From assembly GCA_965218585.1 (NCBI GenBank), contig CBDCLE010000002.1, forward strand, positions 352,001 through 416,000: a stretch of DNA of 64,000 nucleotides, given 5' to 3'. How positions within the stretch are numbered: position 1 is the stretch's first letter; each line of letters begins with the position of its first letter. The position numbers were made by a program, and so were the translations under genes. The notes beneath the pieces were generated by a model that saw only the letters and a program-made list of their open reading frames with translations, ran no database searches and was not told the origin of the DNA. This document shows positions 10,078 through 20,424 of this stretch, piece after piece. The stretch is from Terriglobia bacterium. GTDB taxonomy: Bacteria > Acidobacteriota > Terriglobia > 20CM-2-55-15.

Positions 10078-12933
10078 ATGCAGGATTTAGCGCGCCGACT
10101 TCGGGAAAAAATCGCCGGCGAGGTCCGCTTTGACCCCGCATCTCGTTTCCTTTACAGTACCGATGCCAGTATCTACGAGATCGAACCGATCGGAGCGGTC
10201 ATTCCTCGTAACCGGGACGACATACTTCAAACGGTGGAAATAGCTGCCGAGTTTGGAGCTCCTGTCCTTCCACGGGGCGGCGGCACGAGCCTCGCCGGTC
10301 AGACGGTCGGTCACGCAGTCATCATCGACCACTCGAAGTACTTGAACCGGGTTCTTGAGGTAAACACTGAAGAGGGCTGGGCCTGGGTCGAGCCGGGAGT
10401 AGTCCAGGAACAGTTCAACAAGCACCTGCACCCCATGGGTTTTCTCTTCGGCCCCGACACGTCGACAGCAAGCCGGGCCACCATCGGCGGGATGATAGGC
10501 AACAACTCGGCGGGCTCACACTCGATCATCTACGGCAAGACAATCGATCACATCCTGGAAATCGATGTCGTCCTCGCTTCCGGAGAGCGGCGAATCTTCA
10601 AGGAGATGGATTTCGACCACGCCCGCCGAATGGGTGGACTGGACGGACGCATCGCCGACATCGTCGACACAAACAGAAGTGAGATAGAGCGGCGATTTCC
10701 GCGTCTGATGCGCCGGGTCACCGGGTACAACCTCGATGAATTTGTCCGCAATGGAAAATTCAACCTCGCCAAACTAATTGTCGGCTCCGAGGGTACCCTG
10801 GCTCTGGTCAACCGGGCCAAGGTCCGCATCGAACCGCGACCTAAGGCCAAGGCTTTGATGGCCGTGCATTTCAAAGACATCGTCGAATCGATCGAGGCCA
10901 CCCAGGCCATCCTGCCGCTGGATCCGTCGGCCGTGGAACTCATCGACGACGTCATCCTGAACCTGGCACGGGGATCCCTGGAATTTTCGCGCCAGATAGG
11001 CTTTATCGAAGGCAACCCAGAGGCGATCCTGCTGGTCGAATTCTATGGAAGAGAACCGAAGCAGCTCGAAGCGCGACTGGATCAACTCGAGAGCATACTC
11101 AGACGTGACGGGCTCGGCTATGCGTATCCCCGATCGCTGGATCCAGCCGGCCAGGCAGCGATCTGGAAAGTACGGAAGGCAGGACTCGGACTCCTTCTGG
11201 GCATGAAGGGAGAACGCAGACCGATCGCGTTCGTTGAGGACTGTGCCGTCGAACCTCACCGACTACCGGAATTCTTCAAACGCTTCCGGTCGGTGGTGAA
11301 TAAGTACGAAACCAGTGCCGGCTATTACGGCCATGCCAGCGTCGGCTGCCTCCACATCCGGCCGTTGATCAACACCAAGCTGGGTTCCGAAATCCGAAAG
11401 ATGAAGGACATGACCAACGAAATTGCGGATCTGGTCATGGAATTTAACGGATCGATGAGTGGGGAACATGGGGATGGGCTCGCTAGAAGTCACTTGAACA
11501 AGAAACTGTTCGGGCCCGAGATATATCGGGCGTTGCAGAACGTCAAGTACGCCTTCGACCCGCTCAACAGGATGAATCCGGGCAAGATCGTAGATGCTCC
11601 TGAAATGGATGAAAACCTCCGTTTCGGAGAAGAGTACGAAACGATTCAAGTCGACACGCATTACGACTTCACGAAAGAAGGCGGGTTTGCCACGGCCATC
11701 GAACTCTGCAACGGCAACGGCGCATGCCGCAAGACGGGGGAAGGTACGATGTGTCCCTCGTATATGGTCACGCGTGAGGAAGAACACTCCACTCGGGGAA
11801 GGGCGGACTTGATGCGTGGAATCCTTTCAGGAAGGCTGTCCGGAGAAACGGTCGAGAGAGAACTTTCCGGCCAGATCCTTCACGAAGCCCTCGAACTCTG
11901 CCTTGAGTGCAAAGCCTGCAAAGCCGAGTGCCCCTCCAACGTGGACATGGCCAAACTGAAATACGAGTTCCTCGCACAACATAACGACGAAAACGGAACT
12001 CCGCTGCGTTCGACCTTGTTCGGCCATATCCACAGCCTCAGTCACGCAGCGTCACTGTGGCCGGGAGCGGCGAACCAGATGGTGCGGAACCCGACTCTTC
12101 GGGGCCTGATGGATCGATTCATGGGAATCGATCGGCGCAGGCAACTCCCCATGTTCGCTGACGAAACGTTCGAAGCGTGGTTCAGGAAACGACCCCCTCG
12201 CCGAGCGGACAACAACACGTCGACGGGAAAAGTAGTGTTGTTCCACGATACGTTCATGAACTTCAATCATCCCGAAATCGGGAAAGCTACGACACAATTG
12301 CTGGAAACAGCGGGCTACGAAGTACGGCTCGCGGACCGGGTATGCTGCGGACGACCGATGATTTCCAAAGGAATGGCCGAAACAGCGCGATCCTATGCCT
12401 CTCACAACGTGGAGGAACTTCTGGGTTGGGTCGAAGAGGGATACACAGTCGTGGGATGCGAACCGAGTTGCATCCTGACGTTCCGTGACGAATACGCCGA
12501 TCTGCTCGAAGGAGAGGCTGTAGGGAAGGTAGGCAAAGCCTGTCTTCTTCTGGACGAGTTTGTTGACCGCGAGACTCGCGAGGGGCGTTGGCGGATCGAA
12601 TTCGGTGCGATCCGCAAGAAAGCGCTGCTGCACACCCACTGCCACCAGAAAGCCCTGGTCGGAAGCACGCACCTGCACAAGATGCTCAGTGCCGCATATG
12701 ATGTTTCCGAAATCGATTCAGGTTGCTGCGGGATGGCCGGCTCGTTCGGCTACGAAAAGGAGCACTACGACGTGTCGCTCCAGATCGGACAACGTCGCCT
12801 CTTGCCTGCAGTTGAAAACGACAACGATAGTGTCGTAATTACGCCGGGCGTTTCATGCCGCCAGCAGATCTTCGACACCACGGGCAGGCACGCGCTCCAT
12901 CCCGCTGAAGCGCTCATCGCCGCTATGCAATGA
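10078..12933 (+). CDS. FAD-binding and 4Fe-4S oxidoreductase (YdiJ-like)
   Basis: PRGGGTSLAGQ, GEHGDG and MNPGK motifs; Fe-S Cys motifs; CCG domains. Confidence 0.9.
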   Translation: MQDLARRLREKIAGEVRFDPASRFLYSTDASIYEIEPIGAVIPRNRDDILQTVEIAAEFGAPVLPRGGGTSLAGQTVGHAVIIDHSKYLNRVLEVNTEEGWAWVEPGVVQEQFNKHLHPMGFLFGPDTSTASRATIGGMIGNNSAGSHSIIYGKTIDHILEIDVVLASGERRIFKEMDFDHARRMGGLDGRIADIVDTNRSEIERRFPRLMRRVTGYNLDEFVRNGKFNLAKLIVGSEGTLALVNRAKVRIEPRPKAKALMAVHFKDIVESIEATQAILPLDPSAVELIDDVILNLARGSLEFSRQIGFIEGNPEAILLVEFYGREPKQLEARLDQLESILRRDGLGYAYPRSLDPAGQAAIWKVRKAGLGLLLGMKGERRPIAFVEDCAVEPHRLPEFFKRFRSVVNKYETSAGYYGHASVGCLHIRPLINTKLGSEIRKMKDMTNEIADLVMEFNGSMSGEHGDGLARSHLNKKLFGPEIYRALQNVKYAFDPLNRMNPGKIVDAPEMDENLRFGEEYETIQVDTHYDFTKEGGFATAIELCNGNGACRKTGEGTMCPSYMVTREEEHSTRGRADLMRGILSGRLSGETVERELSGQILHEALELCLECKACKAECPSNVDMAKLKYEFLAQHNDENGTPLRSTLFGHIHSLSHAASLWPGAANQMVRNPTLRGLMDRFMGIDRRRQLPMFADETFEAWFRKRPPRRADNNTSTGKVVLFHDTFMNFNHPEIGKATTQLLETAGYEVRLADRVCCGRPMISKGMAETARSYASHNVEELLGWVEEGYTVVGCEPSCILTFRDEYADLLEGEAVGKVGKACLLLDEFVDRETREGRWRIEFGAIRKKALLHTHCHQKALVGSTHLHKMLSAAYDVSEIDSGCCGMAGSFGYEKEHYDVSLQIGQRRLLPAVENDNDSVVITPGVSCRQQIFDTTGRHALHPAEALIAAMQ

Positions 12934-12953
12934 GAACCCTTTGACCTGAAACT

Positions 12954-14063
12954 ATGTCTGAGCGCATACAGGGAACAGCTACCGGAGAGGGGACCCGACG
13001 ATTCGCAGATCGTTTCGATAATGCGGCCAAGGGACACTTCCGCCCGAGCCGCGAGCTGACTGTGGCGTCGGTTGGCGTGGGAACGTATCTCGGAGGAGCC
13101 GACAATCGTACCGACGCGCTCTATAAGCAGTCCATTGTTCGCGCGGTTCAATTGGGCTCGAACGTGATCGATTCAGCGATCAACTACCGTTATCAACGAA
13201 GCGAAAGAGCGATTCGCGGTGCGCTCAAAGAACTCCAGAAGGATGGGTTCAGGCGAGACGAGTTGGTTGTTGCGACCAAGGCCGGCTTCTTAAGCTTCGA
13301 TAACGAACCGCCTTCCGACGCCCGGGAATATTTCGAAAGAACATATCTGAACACAGGGCTTCTTTCGCCAAACGATATCGCTGCGGGGTCGCACTCGATT
13401 GCGCCGCGTTACCTCGAAAACCAGTTAGATCGCAGCCTCGAAAACCTTGGGCTGGACACGATAGACATCTTTTACATCCACAATCCTGAAACTCAGCTCG
13501 AAGAAATCACAACGGAAGAGTTTTCCGGACGGCTACGCAGTGCCTTCGAGTTTCTCGAATCTGCTGTAGAGGCGGGAAAGATTGGCACCTATGGAACGGC
13601 AACGTGGAACGCTTACAGGAGTGCGCCTGATTCCCGGGGCTTCTTGAGCCTCTCCAACCTTGCCGAATGCGCAACCGCTGTCGGAGGCAAGGACCATAAT
13701 TTCCGCGTCATTCAACTGCCGTACAATCTCGCGATGAGAGAAGCTTTCGCGCTGCGAAATCAGAAAGTAGGGAACAGTCTTCTTTCGCCGCTGGAAGCCG
13801 CACGCGAACTGGACATCACTGTGGTGGCCAGCGCATCGATCCACCAGTCTCGCTTAAGCCGCAACCTTCCTGAATTCCACCATACTCATTTACCCGATCT
13901 AGCCACGGACGCTCAGCGCGCAATCCAGTTTGTCCGCTCGACACCGGGGGTCACGAGCGCACTGGTCGGCATGAGTCGCCCAGACCATGTGGAAGAAAAC
14001 CTTCGTCTGGTAGCAATTCCGCCTGTCGGGGCGGATAGCATTCAAACCATCAATGCTGCGTAA
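12954..14063 (+). CDS. aldo/keto reductase
   Basis: DSAINY, ATK, SLENLGLDTIDIFYIHNP and QLPYNL motifs. Confidence 0.88.
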   Translation: MSERIQGTATGEGTRRFADRFDNAAKGHFRPSRELTVASVGVGTYLGGADNRTDALYKQSIVRAVQLGSNVIDSAINYRYQRSERAIRGALKELQKDGFRRDELVVATKAGFLSFDNEPPSDAREYFERTYLNTGLLSPNDIAAGSHSIAPRYLENQLDRSLENLGLDTIDIFYIHNPETQLEEITTEEFSGRLRSAFEFLESAVEAGKIGTYGTATWNAYRSAPDSRGFLSLSNLAECATAVGGKDHNFRVIQLPYNLAMREAFALRNQKVGNSLLSPLEAARELDITVVASASIHQSRLSRNLPEFHHTHLPDLATDAQRAIQFVRSTPGVTSALVGMSRPDHVEENLRLVAIPPVGADSIQTINAA

Positions 14064-15057
14064 GTACATCGAAGGCCGTGAGCGCCGCTGGCACCAGCGC
14101 GACTCGAACCGCTTGCCCAGACCCTTCGCGTGGGGAGTGGAACATCTGGACTTGGGAAACGGATCGGACCCACATGCGGCTCTGGAAGATTTCGCAGCCG
14201 AAGCGGTCCGGGACAGCGAGACCTTCTATGCTCATTCTCCGACCCAGGATTACGAGTTCGACGGCCACACACTTCGGTTCCCCAGCCCTATCGAGACCCT
14301 TGATGAGGTCAACAATACGGTCTGGGGACGTTTTTTTCCTGCGCAGGGCCCCCTGGCCCTAATCGTATTGCCGCAGTGGAACGCTCAGTGGGGAAGCCAC
14401 ATCGGTCTGTGCCGGATTCTCCAACGATTCGGCATCACTACGCTACGGATGAGCCTGCCATACCATGACCATCGACGCCCCGAAGAATTTGAGCGCGCCG
14501 AACCACTAATCGGCCCGAACGTCGGACAGACCATGGCGACAACCCGACAGGCTGTACTCGAAGTCCGGCGCGCCGCAGATTGGCTTGCCGACCGCGGATA
14601 TAGCCGGCTGGGTGTCCTTGGAACCAGCATCGGATCCTGCATCGGCTTTCTGGCGATGGCCCACGATCCCCGGCTCCAGTACAACGGTTTCATACACGTT
14701 TCGTCCTACTTTGCCGACGTTGTGTGGGAAGGTCTTTCGACGAGCCACGTTCGAGAATCATTGGAAAGCGCCCTCCGGTTGGAGGAGCTGCGCCGCCTCT
14801 GGGCGCCGATCAGCCCCTACCCATTCATTTCACGACTCAGTGGAGTTCGGAAACCGCTGCTGGTACTCTGCGGCCGTTACGACCTGAGCTTCCCGTTTCA
14901 CCTCACCAGAAAATCCTTCGAAGAATTCGACCGGCATCGAGTCCCTTACGAACGCGTACTCCTCCCGTGCGGGCACTACACCATGGCCCTGTTCCCTTTC
15001 CGGGAGATCGTCGGTTTCCAGATTGTGAAGTTCTTCAGAAGGTTTCGAGGAAGTTAG
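14053..15057 (+). CDS. alpha/beta hydrolase (ABHD18-like)
   Basis: GTSIG nucleophile elbow; C-terminal PCGHY. Confidence 0.8.
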   Translation: MLRKYIEGRERRWHQRDSNRLPRPFAWGVEHLDLGNGSDPHAALEDFAAEAVRDSETFYAHSPTQDYEFDGHTLRFPSPIETLDEVNNTVWGRFFPAQGPLALIVLPQWNAQWGSHIGLCRILQRFGITTLRMSLPYHDHRRPEEFERAEPLIGPNVGQTMATTRQAVLEVRRAADWLADRGYSRLGVLGTSIGSCIGFLAMAHDPRLQYNGFIHVSSYFADVVWEGLSTSHVRESLESALRLEELRRLWAPISPYPFISRLSGVRKPLLVLCGRYDLSFPFHLTRKSFEEFDRHRVPYERVLLPCGHYTMALFPFREIVGFQIVKFFRRFRGS

Positions 15058-15124
15058 GAGCTCAGAAATAGGATCTCAACTTTTGGCTCTTAACTTTCAG
15101 GGCTTGAGAGTACAATCCCTATCG

Positions 15125-15259
15125 ATGACCTGCGATCTTTGCGAAGATGACGACGGAAAAGGCACGCACTATCACGCCTTTATAGATGGAAGACACTACT
15201 GGATCTGCTCACCCTGTAAGAAGAGACTGAAAGTCGAATCCGATCACAACGACGAGTAA
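15125..15259 (+). CDS. candidate 44-aa zinc-finger microprotein
   Basis: Manual translation MTCDLCEDDDGKGTHYHAFIDGRHYWICSPCKKRLKVESDHNDE; two CxxC motifs; TACAAT -10 box 8 nt before the ATG. Confidence 0.6.
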   Translation: MTCDLCEDDDGKGTHYHAFIDGRHYWICSPCKKRLKVESDHNDE

Positions 15260-15291
15260 CGCGAAACCTGCCCCGCAAACCTCTCAAGGGA

Positions 15292-16215
15292 TTATTCGCT
15301 CTTGGGTTGTTCCTCGGCGAGAATCTCGTTCTGAGCGGGTTCGGTCGCAATTTCTTCAAGGAAAGCAATGGGCGCGCCCGTCTCTTCCAGCGTTTTCTGG
15401 GCAAGCGCTTTGGGTTCGAGTTCCTCTGCAGACGTACTCAGGACAACAATATCCACCCGCCGGTTCAGGCCTCGGCCCTCCCGGGAATCGTTCGGTGCCA
15501 CGGGCCGGTACTCGCCGTATCCGACGGCCGAGAGACGGCTGGGAGGAATACCGGTTTCCGAAATCAGGTACTGGAGTACGTGCGTCGCACGAGACGTGGA
15601 CAGTTCCCAATTGGAGGGAAATCTCGCTGTCCGGATGGGGATGTTGTCTGTGTGCCCTTCCACGCGAAGGTTGTATCGCACTTCCTTCAGCTTTTCGGCG
15701 ATGCTATCAACCACAGGCAGCCCGTCTGCCTGAAGGACATCCGACCCAGGTGAGAAGAAACCGGCCTCGGCCAGACTGACGGTCAGGCCGCGTCCATCGA
15801 GAGTCAGACGGACCTTTCCGGATTCGACTTCCTCCCCGAGCATCGTCGTCAGCAGTTCGTTGACTTGATCGATCGTGTATTGGCCTTCACCCACACCGTC
15901 ACCGTTTCCGTTTCCAGAACCCATGAACTGCGTCTCGGAAAAGGCCGAATGGAGGTTACCAATTACGCTGACCTTGTTGGAAGGCAGGCCACCCTCATCG
16001 TACAGCGGAAACACCTTGCCGGCAGGCGTAAAGACAGCCATCTCGGAAAAAGCGACCTGAATGGCCTGCGCAACTTGACCGGCTTTGTCTTTGTCCTCAT
16101 TCGACGCCGCAAACATCACGACGAAGAACGCGAACAGAAGCGTGATGAAATCAGCATAAGACACCAACCACCTTTCGTGGTTGACGTGTTCCGGGTGTTT
16201 TTTCTTTCTCGCCAT
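15292..16215 (-). CDS. motB: flagellar stator protein MotB
   Basis: WLVSYADFITLLFAFF; OmpA domain with GHTD, NWELS and NRRVDI. Confidence 0.96.
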   Translation of the reverse strand: MARKKKHPEHVNHERWLVSYADFITLLFAFFVVMFAASNEDKDKAGQVAQAIQVAFSEMAVFTPAGKVFPLYDEGGLPSNKVSVIGNLHSAFSETQFMGSGNGNGDGVGEGQYTIDQVNELLTTMLGEEVESGKVRLTLDGRGLTVSLAEAGFFSPGSDVLQADGLPVVDSIAEKLKEVRYNLRVEGHTDNIPIRTARFPSNWELSTSRATHVLQYLISETGIPPSRLSAVGYGEYRPVAPNDSREGRGLNRRVDIVVLSTSAEELEPKALAQKTLEETGAPIAFLEEIATEPAQNEILAEEQPKSE

Positions 16216-16297
16216 CAGCGTCCTTTAGGTTCCGCGTAATCTGTGCCTCTAATCCGTGACATCCGCGTTACGGAATCCGCAGCGGGAGCGACCAGGC

Positions 16298-17077
16298 CTA
16301 ATCGCCCGGCGACTTTTCACGCATCTTCTGCAGTTCCTCATCGAGGAAAGAACTCAGTTTCCCTTCTATCAGGCGAGGGTTCTGGCCTTCGAGGATGCCC
16401 AACGTGCCTTCGAGCATCATCTCTTTGATGATCATGCGTTTCCGATGCTTGGCCTTGAGCTTCGCAGCGGCGGGCAGGAAGAAGATGTTGGCAATGCCGA
16501 CACCGTAGATCGTGGCCACGAAAGCGACAGCGATACCGTGACCGACTTCTTCGATATCGTCCAGGTGCTGCATGACCTGGATCAGCCCGAGCACAGCACC
16601 AATAATCCCAATCGTCGGCGCGTACCCACCCGCGGCTTCGAATATCTTCGCGGAAGTTTCACCGCGCTCGTCCATGTAGCCCAGTTCGACTTCCATCGTT
16701 TCGCGGAGTTCGCTGGGCTCGCTGCCATCGACCGCCATCATGGTGGCCTTCTTGAAGAAGGGGTCTTCTACATCGTTGGCGTCCTTCTCCAGCGAGATGA
16801 TCCCCTCGCGGCGCGCCTTGTTAGTGAAAGCGATGATCTGATCAATGACACCGTTAGGTTGAGCGGACTCTTCCTTGAAAACATAGATCAATTCGCTCAC
16901 GGCTCGCTGGAACGAGGCTAGAGAAAAGCCAATCATTGTGGCCCCGATCGTTCCGCCGAACACGATAAGCGCTGCTGTGGGCTGGAGAATCTGTAAGACA
17001 GAACCGCCTTCCAGGAACTGTCCGAACAAAATGCCTACGAATGCTACAGTTATTCCAAGTATCGTTCCGAGATCCAT
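16298..17077 (-). CDS. motA: flagellar stator protein MotA
   Basis: GGYAPTIGIIGAVLGLI and AFVATIYG motifs. Confidence 0.96.
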   Translation of the reverse strand: MDLGTILGITVAFVGILFGQFLEGGSVLQILQPTAALIVFGGTIGATMIGFSLASFQRAVSELIYVFKEESAQPNGVIDQIIAFTNKARREGIISLEKDANDVEDPFFKKATMMAVDGSEPSELRETMEVELGYMDERGETSAKIFEAAGGYAPTIGIIGAVLGLIQVMQHLDDIEEVGHGIAVAFVATIYGVGIANIFFLPAAAKLKAKHRKRMIIKEMMLEGTLGILEGQNPRLIEGKLSSFLDEELQKMREKSPGD

Positions 17078-17149
17078 GGTTGTATTCCCTTACGTCTCGT
17101 GCCCGTCTCTGGCCGCTGCGGCCTAGTCCGGGCTAAAGAGTGATTCCTT

Positions 17150-17401
17150 TCACTCTTTGACGGTTTCGAGTTCCTCCATCTCTTCCTCTGTGGATCGCAC
17201 GTACACGTCAATACCCGAGGAATTAATGGCTCTTCTGTATTCAACTACCTTGCTCACGATCTCGTGAGGCCGGTCGGCAACAACGAGCTTTTCGCCCGTG
17301 GTCAGAGAGATCACCGTGTCTGCGTGCTCTCCCTCGATCATCTTGATGAGTTCACAATTGACCACCAGATCTTTCTTGTTGATCTTCTTAACTGTGATCA
17401 C
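17150..17401 (-). CDS. flbD: flagellar FlbD (SwrD) family protein
   Basis: VVNCELIKMIE..DTVISLTTGEKLVV; located upstream of motA. Confidence 0.85.
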   Translation of the reverse strand: MITVKKINKKDLVVNCELIKMIEGEHADTVISLTTGEKLVVADRPHEIVSKVVEYRRAINSSGIDVYVRSTEEEMEELETVKE

Positions 17402-17588
17402 GCATTTCCTCCCGGAGGGATGTATTCTTCCCCTACAAACAACTCATCGGCCGGGGAATCGAGTTTCTGCAGGACTAAATGGGGTTAAGCCGATTACGGG
17501 GATTATTGTTGATCGCGCGGGTTACTGAGAGGAACTGATAGGCACTTACCTCAGACAAGAACTTCGCTCGTAACTGCCTTTTGATCAA

Positions 17589-18311
17589 TCAGATCTGTAC
17601 AGTCTTCGTATCAGGCGGGGGGCGAAGCACCGAGGCTCGGGCTTGCTGGATCAAGGCGGGCAGGTCGAACCCGGTACCCTTGAGATTCCTCGCAACTTCT
17701 TGAACCCAAAGGTAATCGGGTAGTTCGTCTATGGTCAGGCTCAATTCCGGGCACTCGCACGCGGGACGTGGCTCTAAAAAGATTCCACCTGTATCGGACG
17801 GATTCTCTTTTGCATACAGAGTCACATGCTCTCGCAGACGTTCCTCATGAGCAGTCTCTGAGATTCTGGCCAGGAGCCTTCGGGTCAGCGCCTCCCCGGT
17901 TGTTCCGACGGGCAGCCCGTTTTCGATGACATACTCGGCACCGGTCTCGACAATGTGGCTCACGACGCGATCGATGCTTTCGGGGTCGGTGAAGGGGTTG
18001 TCTGCAGTCACGCGAACGATGATGTCGGCGTCCGTCACGGTCGCCGCTGCAAGGTAGCGGGAAAGCACGTCATGCTCGCTTCCACGGAAACAATCAATGT
18101 CATGCCGGCGACATTCCTCAACGATGATGTCGTCTCTTGGATGGACTGTCGTCGCAACGACTACCTGATCCAAACACTTTGTATGATGTAGACGCTCGAC
18201 CAGGTAGGTCAGAATGGACCGGCCGTCAAGTGTCAGTAAGACCTTGCCGGGCAACCGGGCCGAACCCATACGGGCCTGCACTATGGCAACGGTACGAGGC
18301 TTTACTTCCAC
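17589..18311 (-). CDS. SpsF-like nonulosonate cytidylyltransferase
   Basis: IVQARMGSARLPGKVL, RGSEHDVLSRY, RVTADNP and REHVT motifs. Confidence 0.88.
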   Translation of the reverse strand: MEVKPRTVAIVQARMGSARLPGKVLLTLDGRSILTYLVERLHHTKCLDQVVVATTVHPRDDIIVEECRRHDIDCFRGSEHDVLSRYLAAATVTDADIIVRVTADNPFTDPESIDRVVSHIVETGAEYVIENGLPVGTTGEALTRRLLARISETAHEERLREHVTLYAKENPSDTGGIFLEPRPACECPELSLTIDELPDYLWVQEVARNLKGTGFDLPALIQQARASVLRPPPDTKTVQI

Positions 18312-19350
18312 GATTCGCTCCCTTTGGAAGCGGTTGCGGAATCACCCAGTGCGGTTTCAACCGCTTCAACGAGTTCTCCGATCCGGAAAGGCTTGGACAG
18401 GCACGAAACGCCAGAGCGAGAGATAAAGTCCTTCATCTCTCGACTGGCAACATCACCGGTCAAGAGAAGCACTTCCGAGTTCTTGCCTTCTGACTGGATC
18501 CATTCAACAACTTCACGGCCGCCGACTCCCGGCATACGGAGGTCACTGATAACCAGATCAAATTCCGTTGATTGAAGCTTGGCAATAGCCTCCTCGCCGG
18601 ATCCCACACATTCGACTTCGTAGTCCGTATCCGACAGGACCGCATCCACCAGATCCAGGATGTGATGCTCATCGTCAGCCACGAGAACACGGGGCGGTCT
18701 CTTGTCGCCGACTCCGGGATCGGGATCTCCTTCGGTGACGGGAAAATTCAGAGTGAACGTTGTCCCCCGACCTTCGTCGCTGACAACAGAGATCTCTCCC
18801 TGATTCGACTCGACCAACTGACGCGAAAGGCTCAAGCCCAGACCGGTTCCTGTTTCCTTTGTCGTAAAGAACGGCTCAAATATCTTCGAAATGTCGCCTT
18901 CGGACAGTACCGACCCATTGTCCCGGACCCGGATCAACACACGGTCTCCGAACGTTTCGGTCGAAACGTCAACCGAACCCTCCTCACGTCCTCGCCAATC
19001 GCCTGGACGGCGTTGTTCACGATGTTGAGCAGGACCTGCGTGAACTCGCAGGGATTTACGGAAATCGCCGGACTCTTTGCAGCCAGATTCAATCCGAGGC
19101 TGACCTTGTTCAAGCGCAGTTGGTACGCAGCCAGTTCCAGAGTTTCCCGAACAGTTGAGTTCAGATCAATCGTTTCGTTGTCGGTCTTACCAGGGAAGGA
19201 TATGCGTAGCACGTTCTGAACGATGCGTGCACAGCGCTCGGTTTCGGAAACAATCCGGCTGAGGTTCTTCTTATTGCCCCCGTCTGTCCGGGCCAGCAAC
19301 TGAGCAAAACCGAGGATCGTGGTCAGCGGGTTGTTCAACTCATGAATTCC
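18302..19350 (-). pseudogene. hybrid histidine kinase-receiver, frameshifted
   Basis: HELNNPL H-box and N-box lie in one frame; DNG, FEPFFTTK, GTGLGL and a REC domain lie in another; shift near 18992; N-terminus unresolved. Confidence 0.78.
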
Positions 19351-19385
19351 CTGTTTACCAGCCTCTGGTCTTAATCTCCGGTTGT

Positions 19386-20424
19386 CTAGTTGACGTATGC
19401 CGTCGCCGAACTTGTCCGGGCAAACCGGCCACGCGGCACTCGGTTTCGCTTCACCTTCAACTCTTCCTCGCTCGCGAATAAGCTTTCCTCGAAGCTCATC
19501 ATCGTTAAATCCTGCTGAAATTTTCCGACTTGGGACGGGACAGATCGGCCACCTCTCAACTGAACGAGCCATGTAGCAAAGTCCGCACCGGCAGCTATCG
19601 TCAAGGGAATACCCCCGGAAAAACGAGGATTCACTTCGATCAGACTCACTGTCAGGCCATCCCATTTGCACTGGATGTTGGCGGCTCCGACGATCTGCAG
19701 GCTTTCGGCAACGTTGGTAGCGAATTCGATAATTCTCTTGTGTAGCCGGGTCGTTCCCTTGTCGCTGACGCCGGCCCGGATTACGAGCCGTTCGCGTGGC
19801 ACGACAGATATCACTCGGCCTTCAAAATCCGAACACACATCAACGGTGAACTCTGTTCCCTCCAGATAGTCCTGCACAACAGCATCGGGCACGTAATCGC
19901 AGAAGAAGCGGAGCTGCTTCTCGTTGTGTGCTTCGAACACCTGGATGCTTCCACGCCCACACCTTGGTTTGACAACAACGGGATACGAAATTTCGTCGAA
20001 ATTGATGTCCTCGGGCAAACGGGTTGGGGGACTTTCGATCCCGTTCATGAGCGCGAACTCATGCGTCCGGTACTTGTCATTGGAAATTTCAGTTGTTTCT
20101 TCACCTGAAACCGCCACCCAAATATCATTCCGTTCGAAACGCGGACGGTTCCGACCGAAGATCGGCAATTCATCGTCGATTGTTGGAATGATCAGATGAA
20201 TGTTTTCAACGTCGCAGATGCTTTCAATAATCGGAATATACTCCGGGTCGCTTGTCAGGGGCACGATATGGTTCTTGTGGCCAAAGTAAAGAGCCGGGGA
20301 CATGGAATTGATGTCGGTGGTAACAACTTTACCCTTTCCGAAGCGCTCCACGGCTCTGCGGAAAGCGCGTACCAAAACCGACGCGACGGGAAGCAGCTGT
20401 GATGAGGACGTTTACGGGCTTCAT
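19386..20424 (-). pseudogene. ATP-grasp protein (glycan-modification type), +1 frameshift near the start
   Basis: ATG 20424 overlaps the neuB-like stop (ATGA) and reads MKPVNVLITAASRRVG, then leaves frame at A4 (20374-20377); body has IPTIDDEL, KPRCGRGS and EVNPRFSGG. Confidence 0.78.

Noticed and set aside
17444-17471. sigma28 promoter for flbD-motAB
   Set aside because: A GCCGATGA -10 box is present but there is no TAAA at the expected spacing; too weak to call.
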